DNA of 64,000 nucleotides from an uncultured Candidatus Rokubacteria bacterium. Lineage in GTDB: Bacteria > Methylomirabilota > Methylomirabilia > Rokubacteriales > CSP1-6. The notes beneath the pieces were generated by a model, which made no database searches, was not told where the DNA came from, and worked only from the letters and a program-made list of their open reading frames with translations. Location of the stretch: positions 576,001 through 640,000 of the forward strand of contig CAVWFS010000008.1 of the NCBI GenBank assembly GCA_963754315.1, written 5' to 3'. Each line of letters starts with the position of its first letter. Position 1 is the first letter of the stretch. A program made the position numbers and the translations under genes. Below are positions 1 through 10,951 of the stretch, piece by piece.

Positions 1-269
1 CTCGACCTCCACCGCCTCCACCTGGATCAGGTCGCCCAGCCACTGCTGCAGCGCCGCCTGCACGGTGAACTGGGCGGCCCCGGCCAGCTCGTCGCTGTTG
101 GGCGCGAAGAGGAGCTGCAACAGGCCGGTGCCGAAGGTGGGGCGGTTGACGCGCTCGCCCGGCGTGGTGAAGAGCACCTGCTCGATGAGGTCGCGCACGT
201 GGTCGTCATCGCCAGTGGCAGCAGTGCGCCCGCGTCCGTCAACATGGATGGAAAGTCGATCTGACTCAT
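1..269 (-). CDS. eCIS baseplate wedge protein, GPW/gp25 family (Afp9-like); 1-nt frameshift near 247; truncated by window edge
   Basis: Starts MSQIDFP at 269. After a frameshift it reads HVDGRGRTAATGDDDHVRDLIEQVLFTTPGERVNRPTFGTGLLQLLFAPNSDEL, carrying the gp25 'GER..RP.FG' signature. Start overlaps the stop of the PAAR-like gene. Confidence 0.85.
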
Positions 270-604
270 GTCCCGCTCACCCGGAACTGGGTGCCAGTAA
301 TAATGGGCGCACCCTGCGGCCCCTGCACGGCGTTCAGGCAGAGTCCGGTGCTGGTGCTGAGCAGCACGGCCTGGCCATCGACAAAAACGCGTGTCGCAGG
401 CTGCAACCAGCGGACGTTGACGCAGGGTTGAGGCGCACCGCCGGGGTTCACGAACGGGCAGCCGACCACCGGGTAGAAATCGTTGACCGTTGCCACCGCC
501 TGGGTACCGACAAACACCCGGCTGTTGGTCGAGAGCACTGAAACCTGGCCCCCCGGGTGCGGACAGCTCGCTAGAGCGCCGACATGGAAGACGAAGCCCG
601 GCAT
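266..604 (-). CDS. PAAR-like (DUF4280-type) spike tip protein
   Basis: MPGFVFHVGALASCPH...GCPF...PC...W...GLC Cys pattern; GGGAGG RBS before the ATG at 604; lies between the gp5-like and gp25 genes. Confidence 0.8.
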   Translation of the reverse strand: MPGFVFHVGALASCPHPGGQVSVLSTNSRVFVGTQAVATVNDFYPVVGCPFVNPGGAPQPCVNVRWLQPATRVFVDGQAVLLSTSTGLCLNAVQGPQGAPIITGTQFRVSGT

Positions 605-619
605 TCTGTGCACCTCCCG

Positions 620-1132
620 TTACTTGACGACAAGCGCTCCTGGTTCACGGTCACGATTCCGCCGCTCAGCGTGATCACAGCGCCCTTTCCGTCGGAAAGC
701 ACGATGCCCGTGTCGCCAATCATGATTGAGCCCCCCTGGAATTCTTCAGGACGATCCCCCCACCCGGTGCATCGGTGAGCAGCAGCGAATGCTGGCCGGT
801 CGTCTGCAGCAGAACATTCTGAAACGGCGGCGGCGCGGCCAGCGCCAGGGCCGGCACCTCCTCCCGTCCACCCCACCAGCAGCCGGCCCAGATCGGGTAG
901 TCGGGGTTGCCCTGCTCGAACTCGATCCAGACTCCAGCGCCGATCGGCGGCACCAGATAGGCGCCCATCTGGGGACCGGCCAGGGGCATGCATGGCAGCG
1001 CCCATGTCGACGGCGTGAGGCCCAGCACGTCCGGAATTTGGGCCTGCACGCGCCCGCGCCCCTGCGGGTCCTGGTTATTGACCACCACGCCGCGGTACTT
1101 GCCCTGGAAAGGGCCGCAGTTGGTACGTTCAT
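620..1132 (-). CDS. phage baseplate assembly protein V / gp5 OB-fold short spike (frameshifts near 1110, 730, 632)
   Basis: GKYRGVVVNNQDPQGRGRVQAQIPDV...WALPC...PPIGAGVWIEFEQGNPDYPIWAGC is the gp5/VgrG OB-fold motif. A short beta-repeat tail SIMIGDTGIVLSDGKGAVITLSGGIVTVN continues in another frame to TAA at 620-622. Start is uncertain (1132 with a frameshift, or 1169). Confidence 0.8.
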
Positions 1133-2321
1133 TAGAGTGCCCTCGCGCCAGGAGAACTCGGCCCTCCACGAATCATCGACAGGTTCGGCGTTTCGAGGGG
1201 GCGGGTGGGCACCCTCGGCGTGTTCGAGATCAGGCCATCGCGGGCCAGCGAGAAGTTCTGCGTGTAGCTACCACGGCGGATCGTGTGCGAGACACTCCGC
1301 ACGTAATAGAAGCCATCGTAGACGAGTCCCGCGCCTCGCACGCCAACGAGCTGGCGCGATCGCAGCACGTGGCCATAACGCAGCACGTCAAGCTGCCCGG
1401 TCCCCGTCACGGCGTCCGCCGTCCGCACGGCTTGTGCGAGGCCCAGGAGCATCGCCTCGGCCGGATCGTGCTTGGCCGTGTCGCACAGCGGCTGGGTGCG
1501 GAGACGAAGGGCTGGCTTGGCCGCCAGCGGCGGGTGCAGCGCGGTGATGTCGGGCCGGGTACGGGGAAAGGGACCTTCGACCGCGGCGGCTGGACGTGGA
1601 CGATCGGGAGGGTCTTGGCCAGGCCGTCGTAGGTGAAGCTCAGCGATTCCACATTTGTGGCGGCATCCATGTCGACGCTCAGCGCAGGCTGCGGTACGCC
1701 GGCGCGGATCTCCGGTCCCCAGTAGGCGGTGCTTACCCCAGGGACGGGGCCGGGCTCCAGGTAGAAGACATGGCCGACCGCACTGGCCAGTCCTTCGATG
1801 AATTTCAGGTCCGTGCCTTGCTGGACAGGAAGCTGCTCCAGCGGGTTCTTGATGAACTCCAGCACGCTGGGGATCGCCTTCGGCGCGATGCCGAGCGGAG
1901 CGAACTTCGCCAGCAGCATGGCCACGATCGCGTGACACCGGCAGGCCGGGCGGCAGCGGCACGCCGGTCAGGTCCACAAGGTCCATCAATGCGGTGAGGT
2001 CGAGGCCAGTGACGGTGAGGACGGATTGCCCCGCACGCTTGCCCGGGGCGATGTCCTGCCGCGTAATGATACCGTCCATCAGGACATGCGGCGTGCCGTT
2101 GACGGTGACCACGATGATCACGCGTACGGTCGGATCGAACAGGCCCGCCAGCAGTGCACGTTGAGCGGTCCGTCCTTGCCCAGGGTGAACTGCAGCTGGA
2201 AGCCGCTCTGACTGCCCGACTCTGACTGCACCTGCACCTCTGTCAGCGCCTCGATCACCGCCCTCGGCGCCGCCACGGTCACCACCGAACCCATGCGCAA
2301 CGAAAGATGAACGCCTTTCAC
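1132..2321 (-). CDS. eCIS baseplate hub / phage late control D (gp27-like) protein; frameshifts near 2157, 1935, 1557
   Basis: Three ORF pieces join into one protein: SGFQLQF...LMDGIITRQ...LTVTGLDLTALMD; QQGTDLKFIEGLA...FYLEPGP...AYWGP; GQLDVLRYGHVLR...VGVRGAG..YDGFYYVRSVSHTI. Located between the LysM and gp5 genes. Confidence 0.75.
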
Positions 2322-2635
2322 AGCGTCGCCCCCGCGATGCCCTCGGGCAGGGTGATGCGTAGCGTGCGTCCGAGCGCTGCGGTCAGCTCGGCGGGGTGCA
2401 GGGCGGCATTGGCGTCGCAGAGCTGCCAGAACTGCTCGGGGTCGCCAAGGTAGGCGGCGGCGATGGTGTCCGGCCGGTCACCTTCGGTGACCGTGTGCTC
2501 CTGAATCAGCTCGAAGCGCTCCGGCGGCGGGACGAAGCGGCGCCGCAGGTACACCACGGTCCGTCCTGACTCCGTCCGGAGCTGCGCCGTCTCCGTGCGG
2601 TGATAGCGACTCGTAATGGGAAACCCCTCGGCCAC
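2318..2635 (-). CDS. LysM-domain eCIS baseplate protein
   Basis: SRY...YLRRRFVP...HTVTEGDRPDTIAAAYLGDPEQFWQLCDAN...GRTLRITLP; GAGGAGG RBS before GTG. Confidence 0.85.
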   Translation of the reverse strand: MAEGFPITSRYHRTETAQLRTESGRTVVYLRRRFVPPPERFELIQEHTVTEGDRPDTIAAAYLGDPEQFWQLCDANAALHPAELTAALGRTLRITLPEGIAGATL

Positions 2636-2715
2636 CGTGTGTCCTCCTCACATCTCGGTCAACGTCGGACCGCGAGATTAGAGCCGCGCTAGCTCCCAAA
2701 TGGTGAGACGGCTTT

Positions 2716-3390
2716 TCAACCGGCGTTCTCGCCGGGCGCCAAATCGCTCTCCGTGATCCCGAGATCCCCCAAGGCCCCGCCGCGGTACTGCTTCGCCAGC
2801 CGCTCCAGTCGCTGGAGATGGCCTAGGAATAGGCTGACGCCACGGTGCTGGAACGGCAGATCGGTAACGCTCAGCACACGCAAACTCAAGCTCACGCGGG
2901 CTCGAATTGGGTTGAGCAGTGGATCAAAAAACTCCTCGGTGATGCTGAATTCCGTCAGACGCACAGGCAGCACTCGATTCTTGCTCCAGACGAAGAGCGT
3001 CAGCGGCGTCTCGACCGGCGCGATTTCCAGAATGCCGCGCTCGGCGAGCGCGTTGTTCTCCACGAACCGGGTGCTCTCCGGATAGACCAACGTTTCCAGC
3101 GCGGCCAGCGCCGGGTAGACACCCTCGTTAAATCGGATCGCCCTGAACAGCTTGGGCTGATCGGCCGCGTCGATTTCCGCCTCGAGCTGATACGTCTCGA
3201 TGGGCGGGCCAGTCAGGCGCAGCGCCTCCCCACGGTCACCCCCCTCCCCGGCGCCCTGCACCTGCAGCGTGCGGGTGAGCGTCTCCGGGTTGTACTGCAG
3301 CGCGATCACGCGCTCGACCAGCCCGCTGTCCGGGTGGACTAGCACGATGCCGCCTCTCAGGAGGCGCGGGGCGAGCGGAGAAGTGGTCAT
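2716..3390 (-). CDS. conserved eCIS protein (tube-initiator / Afp7-N-like)
   Basis: LQYNPETLTRTLQ...PLTLFVWSKNRVLPVRLTEFSITEEFFDPLLNPIRARVSLSL resembles CIS tube-initiator proteins; adjacent to the LysM gene. Confidence 0.7.
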   Translation of the reverse strand: MTTSPLAPRLLRGGIVLVHPDSGLVERVIALQYNPETLTRTLQVQGAGEGGDRGEALRLTGPPIETYQLEAEIDAADQPKLFRAIRFNEGVYPALAALETLVYPESTRFVENNALAERGILEIAPVETPLTLFVWSKNRVLPVRLTEFSITEEFFDPLLNPIRARVSLSLRVLSVTDLPFQHRGVSLFLGHLQRLERLAKQYRGGALGDLGITESDLAPGENAG

Positions 3391-3400
3391 CCGAGCCTCG

Positions 3401-5458
3401 TTACTTTAGACTGCCGTGCCGTACGGACTCAGGTATGCTGCTTTTCTCGGCTGCTGCCTTCGGCCAACAAGCCCGTGGTATCTTCGTGCGACCCACCCAG
3501 GGCGCAGGGACGTCGGAACTGCCCGTGAAAAAATTCCCCCTGACTGCCTCGATAAAGGTGCTCAGATTCTCTGTGTAGTCGACTGGATTCTTCGTCATGA
3601 TTTCAAGGAACATTCTTCGCGCATCGAGAGGTCCACGAGCAAGGGCCTGCGGTAAGCCTTCGACGCGGGGGCGCGATCTTGTCTCGGACTCCAACACTGA
3701 GGTCGCAGCGTAGGCGACGCAGAGGTTCGCGGCTGCCTCCGCGTTGTGGCGCGTGTAAAACTCGGCCTCCAATTCTATCTGATTCTGGCGTTTCACGTCG
3801 CCTAGCAATTGCGCAGCTACCAGCTCGGCACCATGATGGCGCCCCTCTCCGCTCTGGTCACCGGACGCGCCGCTTCCGGCCATGATCCGCTGCCCCATGT
3901 GGAGCGGCTCATGTACAATGTAGACTGATGCGAGGCTCTCGGTGGAAGCCGTCGCCAAGAACGGCGGATTCAGCGACGTTTTGTCGCCTTCCGTGTAAGC
4001 ATAGTCCTCCTCGCGGAGCTTCCAGTGCCCCCTCCGCAGCGTGTTGCCCTTAGAATAGGTCTGGTAGAAGTTGTTCGCGATCGACCTGTCGATTTTCCTT
4101 TCCACGAGATCGACCGCTTCAAGAACTCTCTTGAACTCGTCGGCCGAAAAGTTTCCCTCGTTGCTGGCAATGAACTGAGCACGATTCTTGACCAGGTTGA
4201 CGACATCGGTAGGCAGGCTCGGGGCATCCTGTTGTAGCGCCCGTTCACGACTGACTTCGTCGCTATCGCGTGCGGCCTGCACCAGGGCGCCTTCGAGCCT
4301 CGTTCTCGCTTCTTGCTCTTGCTCTTCCTGCTTAGCCTCCTTGCTGTGAATAGCAGGGACGAGGATACTAACGAGGAACGTTCGCGCTTTCAGTTTGGTA
4401 CTATCAGACTTGGCAAGTCGCAGCACGTCGCGAGTGGTCTGTAGTAGTACCTCGAGCTCCTCCGGTGTGAGCCCTTGCAGGTCCCCAAAAGACACTTTCA
4501 GCCCGGCGCCACTAACTATCAGATCCGTAATGCGCTTGACAGCGTATGTCTGCTCACGCTTCTCCTCGATGATCAGAGATTCCTTCGCCCGGGAGTTGGG
4601 CAGTGCCGTATACATGGATTCGAGATATTCCTCGGACGAATCGGGTGCCAAGATATCCTCGCCAGTGTTTGGATCTTTTGTGCCTGTGTAGCCGGGAAAC
4701 GATTCATCCGTCGGCGGCTCCCAGACTATCGGCGAAGACGCCCTACCAGCCGCTCTTCGAGATCGAGACTTCTTGGAAACTGCTCTGGAGCGTCGCTTCT
4801 TCTCCCGCTGCACGATCGCAGGGTGTTGGGGCGCCTGAAGTACGTGGGCCAACTCGTGCGCAAGTAATTCGCGGCCTGCCATCGTCTCCGGTCTGTACTG
4901 CCCCCTGGCAAATGCAATGTCTCGACCGTAGGAGTAGGCAAGGGCATCGATCGACTCGGCCGACGCCGCGGCGCGGGTGTCTGTGTGGATGCGCACCTGG
5001 CTGAAGTCATAGGAGATCGGCGAAACTGCTGCATCCCTGCCGGGCAGGCCAGTTCCTCGCGACGCGCGCTCCGCCGTGTGGGCGGCCTCCTGCTCCGAGC
5101 GACTGTCGGCCGGACCGATGGCGACGGGATGCATCACTGCTGCGGGCGTCGGGGCATGCGAGGGCAGGTGCGGGGCGTGGTGACTGAAGCGTGCCTCCAT
5201 GAGGGTCCGGCTGGCCGAGTCGAGAGGCTGGGCTGGGGAGCGCAGCACCTCGGCCACGAGCGGTGGCGCCTCAGACGACGTAGTCCGGTCCGACGGGTGG
5301 CGGTGGCCGATCAATCTATCGTGGCGGCACGCGGTGCATTGGCCATCCAGCCCGGCCCGGGCACCGCAGGTGCACGCGCGCTGGAGGGATCCAAGTGGAG
5401 CCAGTGCGAGGGACGGGGACGCCCCCACCTTCACCGAAGCGGGCATCCGCGTCTTCAT
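3401..5458 (-). CDS. DUF4157 (eCIS core) domain protein with N-terminal Cys motif and unknown C-terminal extension; candidate effector
   Basis: N-terminal CTCG...CTAC; PLDSASRTLMEARF...YDFSQVRIHTD...AESIDALAYSYGRDIAFARGQYRPET..GRELLAHELAHV (HELAH at 4844-4858); second HExxH (HEPLH) at 3899-3913. Confidence 0.85.
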   Translation of the reverse strand: MKTRMPASVKVGASPSLALAPLGSLQRACTCGARAGLDGQCTACRHDRLIGHRHPSDRTTSSEAPPLVAEVLRSPAQPLDSASRTLMEARFSHHAPHLPSHAPTPAAVMHPVAIGPADSRSEQEAAHTAERASRGTGLPGRDAAVSPISYDFSQVRIHTDTRAAASAESIDALAYSYGRDIAFARGQYRPETMAGRELLAHELAHVLQAPQHPAIVQREKKRRSRAVSKKSRSRRAAGRASSPIVWEPPTDESFPGYTGTKDPNTGEDILAPDSSEEYLESMYTALPNSRAKESLIIEEKREQTYAVKRITDLIVSGAGLKVSFGDLQGLTPEELEVLLQTTRDVLRLAKSDSTKLKARTFLVSILVPAIHSKEAKQEEQEQEARTRLEGALVQAARDSDEVSRERALQQDAPSLPTDVVNLVKNRAQFIASNEGNFSADEFKRVLEAVDLVERKIDRSIANNFYQTYSKGNTLRRGHWKLREEDYAYTEGDKTSLNPPFLATASTESLASVYIVHEPLHMGQRIMAGSGASGDQSGEGRHHGAELVAAQLLGDVKRQNQIELEAEFYTRHNAEAAANLCVAYAATSVLESETRSRPRVEGLPQALARGPLDARRMFLEIMTKNPVDYTENLSTFIEAVRGNFFTGSSDVPAPWVGRTKIPRACWPKAAAEKSSIPESVRHGSLK

Positions 5459-5775
5459 CGGACTAACCCTCGGTAGATAGCGCGAGCAACCTGCCGACCG
5501 ATGTCTTTCGCGCCAGCGCCTGGGGCGACTCGGAATGACTTGCCATCCGTACGAGCCAACGCGCCACCGGGGGCCAGGCCGCTCGGGAAACCTCGTTTGG
5601 CGAGCAGCCGCGCCAGCTCGCGCTGCACCGCCAAGCCCATGCGCCAGTGACCCGTCGCTGGAAAGTCATGCAGCACCAGCCGCTCGATGTGCACTGACAC
5701 CGGGCCGGGCGCCGTCCCCGCGGCGTGATCAACGCCGCGGTCTCCGATATGGCGGAGATCATTCTGACTCCTCAT
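5455..5775 (-). CDS. small conserved eCIS-associated hypothetical protein
   Basis: VHIERLVLHDF...AVQRELARLL...IGRQVARAIY pattern, as seen in small genes next to eCIS ATPases; stop overlaps the start of the DUF4157 gene. Confidence 0.65.
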   Translation of the reverse strand: MRSQNDLRHIGDRGVDHAAGTAPGPVSVHIERLVLHDFPATGHWRMGLAVQRELARLLAKRGFPSGLAPGGALARTDGKSFRVAPGAGAKDIGRQVARAIYRGLVR

Positions 5776-5801
5776 CGACGTTTCACCCAGCCCGCTATGG
5801 T

Positions 5802-6089
5802 TTACTCGAATATCCCGGAGCGCATGCCGTCGCGGAGCTGTTCCATTGTCCCGCGCGTTTCATTCCCGTTCTGCCCGGCCACGATGACAATGACCTGTAT
5901 TTCCTTCTGCCCCCGCGAAACGCACGAGATGGTGGCGATGAAGTCCTTCGAGACGAGGGTGACAGAGTCCTCGTTCTTCGTGATCTGACCCGTTGCGGTG
6001 TTGGCCAGCGCGGCATGGGCCCGTTTCACGCCGTCTTTCTTGCTCAGCTTCAACTCCAGGTGCCACCAGAAGAGCGCCGGTGCAGCGAT
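5802..6089 (-). CDS. hypothetical ~95-aa protein inserted in the eCIS operon
   Basis: ORF 5802..6053 extends in frame to an ATC at 6089-6087, 4 nt after a GGAGGAG RBS that directly follows the ATPase stop codon. Confidence 0.6.
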   Translation of the reverse strand: MAAPALFWWHLELKLSKKDGVKRAHAALANTATGQITKNEDSVTLVSKDFIATISCVSRGQKEIQVIVIVAGQNGNETRGTMEQLRDGMRSGIFE

Positions 6090-6100
6090 GGTTCTCCTCC

Positions 6101-8106
<2,006 letters not shown>

Positions 8107-8110
<4 letters not shown>

Positions 8111-9351
8111 GAAATGGTGATCCGCGGGCCGACGAACTGGTTGAACGTCGGGCTGGTCGCATCGGTGTCAACTTCGAGCGAGCTCATCGCGCCGTCCACT
8201 TGTACCCGGGCCAGGTAGTCGCCCGCCGCCACGCCCGCCACCCCGAACGAGACCGTATCGGTGACCTCGGTCCGACCCTCGTCACTGGCGTCGATTGCGT
8301 ACGCGCGTGGTTGGGGGGAGGGTGGGGCGACCTGGTTGAGCAGCAGCACGACGCGCTGCTGTGGAGCGACGGCAGGATTCAGTTCGAGCGTCAGTGTTTG
8401 CGGGCTACCCGGGCTGATCTGGGTGATGCCGGGGTGTAGCACGAAGGCCGCCACGTTCGACTCGACGCCCTCGTGAGGTACTGCCGGCGTGCCCATGGGC
8501 ATCCGATGCACCACCTGCACGCCCTGCACCCCGGCCCGTGCCTGGGGCGGTAGCGCCAGGGTGATGGCGGTGGCGCTCACGTTGGCGGGCGACAGTGGCT
8601 CGGTGCCACCGACGCGCACGAGAGTCATTTCCCCTTGCAACTGCCGTCCCCGGAGCACGAGGGTGCTCTCGGCCACGATCGGCTCGTTGGGGCCGGCCGA
8701 CGCCTCGACCGACTCGATGCTCGGCTGGCGAAACGGCACCACGTAGAGGTTGCGCGCGCGCACGGGCAGCGCCATCTCCGGCCTGTCCTCGCTCTCGATC
8801 AGGACCACGCTGGCCTGGTAGGCGACCGAGAGCGTGTACTGCACCTGAAAGAAGACCGACCACAACTTGGACAGCTCCTCCAGGGAGAGAGCGATCGGCG
8901 TCAATCTCACCAGCTCGACCTGCTGATCCAGATTCGAGGGGCTCAGGAAGGGCTGGGCCCCTTTCGCCACGACGATCTGATCGCGGCTGAGCACGGGCTG
9001 GGCGTGCAAGGTCTGCGAGACGACGCCCAGCAGCCGCTGCGGCTCGAGCTGCGTCTCGTCGCCGAAGAAGCTCAGGAGATAGTGCAGGTCGAGAGCCGCC
9101 TGGGGACGTCGTACCATTCGCCCGTTGCTCTGGCGTGTGGGCAGATCGACATTGCGCCAGGCAGGATTGGGCGCCACCTGATAGAGGTAGATATTGACAC
9201 CGGTTCCCGGCTGTGTGGGGCTGGCCCCAACGGGTCGCTGGGTTGTGACTTGCGCGCCGGCGACGGCGCCGGGAAGGTCGGCCGAGAGCGCCTGATCCAG
9301 CACGCTGCGCAGGGTCGCGGTGACGGTGGCCACCGCGAGAAAGTTGCTCAT
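8107..9351 (-). CDS. DUF4255 / Pvc16-like cap (tail terminator) protein with C-terminal Ig-like extension
   Basis: MSNFLAVATVTATLR...VNIYLYQVAPNPAWRN.DLP...LDLHYLLSF...LEELSKLWS.F...Y.LSVAYQASVVLI, followed by about 220 aa of beta-rich sequence. Confidence 0.88.
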
Positions 9352-10187
9352 CGTCGCCGTGCTTGGTGCTGCTTCAGATAGTCGTCGAGCGCGATGGCCG
9401 TGCTGCGCCGTGTGCTCGCGCCACGAGGTGTAGGCGGCGGCACCTCGGCCCGCACGTCGACGCGACCGATCGTCACCCGGATGGTCGGGGCCGCGGGCGT
9501 AGCTAAGGGCTCGGCACGTTCGGGAGCGATCGGTATTCCGACGTCCCCCCGAGTCGGTTCCATGGTCGGGACTGGCGCTTCCTGGGCAGGAAGTATCCGG
9601 CGCCCAGATGGCTCTCTGGGCTGCGTGCGAGGCTGATCCGTTCGCTCAGGAGTGTAATGCTGCCCGGCGTGGTCTGGTGGGCGCCCTGTGCCCGGCGCCT
9701 TTGAGACTTCAGATGGCGTGATTCGCCCCGGAGCCCTGGGCGCTTTCCTGTCGACGTCGAGTGCTGGGGGCAGGAGTGGGATCGGTTTTGGTGCGACCCG
9801 ATTAGGCTCCACCCCCGACGGCGCTGGTGGCGGCTCGACGCGGGGTGTGACGGGATCTCCGGCTACCGCCGAAGACTGCCTGCGGCGTTTCACGGCGGAC
9901 GAGGCGGATGCGGTTTCCTGCTTGCCGGCTATTGATCGCTCGGTTGGGGGTGCGCTGACGTCAGGCCGCGCCGGCACAGCCAGACGCTCGGTCGCCTCGG
10001 TGCCCAGGAGGCCCGCCGCTTGCGCTCTGGGCTTGACCCCTCCCTCGATCTCCTCCGTGTGCAGGGGGTCGGTGGGTCGGACAGCTTCTTCAAGAATCAG
10101 AGGCTCGAATAGTCCTGGGAGTCGCGGATGAACGATGGCCTCGCTGCCAAGGGCGCGCGCCACCAGGCGATCAAAGAAGTTGGTCAC
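9348..10187 (-). CDS. Pro/Ala-rich eCIS-associated hypothetical protein
   Basis: GTG start overlaps the previous stop; conserved-looking ends (FFDRLVARA; TIRVTIGRVDVRA...LDDYL) flank a low-complexity middle. Confidence 0.7.
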   Translation of the reverse strand: MTNFFDRLVARALGSEAIVHPRLPGLFEPLILEEAVRPTDPLHTEEIEGGVKPRAQAAGLLGTEATERLAVPARPDVSAPPTERSIAGKQETASASSAVKRRRQSSAVAGDPVTPRVEPPPAPSGVEPNRVAPKPIPLLPPALDVDRKAPRAPGRITPSEVSKAPGTGRPPDHAGQHYTPERTDQPRTQPREPSGRRILPAQEAPVPTMEPTRGDVGIPIAPERAEPLATPAAPTIRVTIGRVDVRAEVPPPTPRGASTRRSTAIALDDYLKQHQARRR

Positions 10188-10921
10188 CCCGATGCCATCT
10201 CCAGGTACACCTGCCGGCGCCGCGGGCTGAGAGCCAGCACATCGCTCTCCCGCCATCCGTAGGCGCTGGCCAGGGTGTGGACCTCACGCAGCGTTCGGCG
10301 TGCCCAGGCGTGGACCTCGTCCCAGAAGAATGCCGCGATGTCGAACATCGACTGCCACTGATGGCCACAGGTGGGACACGTCAGCGCGAGTTGCACGTCG
10401 GCCTGCGGATCGGCCCGACTCATGTGCTCGGCGACGGCATCCAAGACCGCCTCCGGCAGCCCGTCAACCGGGCAGGGTACGCCCTGCCGGTGGACCTCCG
10501 CGATGCAACGCTTGGCCAGCATCTCCCGAGCTGCGCCCACATCCGAGCAGTCGTGGATTGCCACGAGATCGGAGCTGCTCGGCAGACGGCACTGCACCAC
10601 GAACTCCCCGCTGGTCACGACGAGCTCGGGAGGCGCGGATCCGGGCTGTTGGCGGACGTCCGCCACGTCAAAGACGAACTCCACGGCCTCACCGCATTGC
10701 AGGCACTGGGCGGTTCCGGCCAAACGAGGGCCGAAGGTCCACTCGCGCAATGTCAGGAGGCACGCGTCTCGCTCCCCAACGCTGAGCCGCCCGAGAGCCT
10801 CCGGGCCGCTGTTGGGAGTCGACGCACCCAGGATGGCCAACGCCCGCTGTGGCGGCGACAACTCCAGCCCACGCTCCCAGGCCTCCAGCAGTTCCGCGGT
10901 CGCAAGCGCGCGCATCTCCAT
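10184..10921 (-). CDS. T4 baseplate-hub-like / tail assembly protein with two CxxC motifs
   Basis: LSVGERDACLL.LR..TFG...CLQC...RLPSS.DL...DPQADV.L.L.CPTCGH.W...FDIAAFFWDE...LREVH.LA.AYGW.E.DVLALS..RR..YL; directly downstream of the tube gene. Confidence 0.75.
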   Translation of the reverse strand: MEMRALATAELLEAWERGLELSPPQRALAILGASTPNSGPEALGRLSVGERDACLLTLREWTFGPRLAGTAQCLQCGEAVEFVFDVADVRQQPGSAPPELVVTSGEFVVQCRLPSSSDLVAIHDCSDVGAAREMLAKRCIAEVHRQGVPCPVDGLPEAVLDAVAEHMSRADPQADVQLALTCPTCGHQWQSMFDIAAFFWDEVHAWARRTLREVHTLASAYGWRESDVLALSPRRRQVYLEMASG

Positions 10922-10951
10922 GGAAGGAGTCCGTCCCGTACCTCGGCCCAC

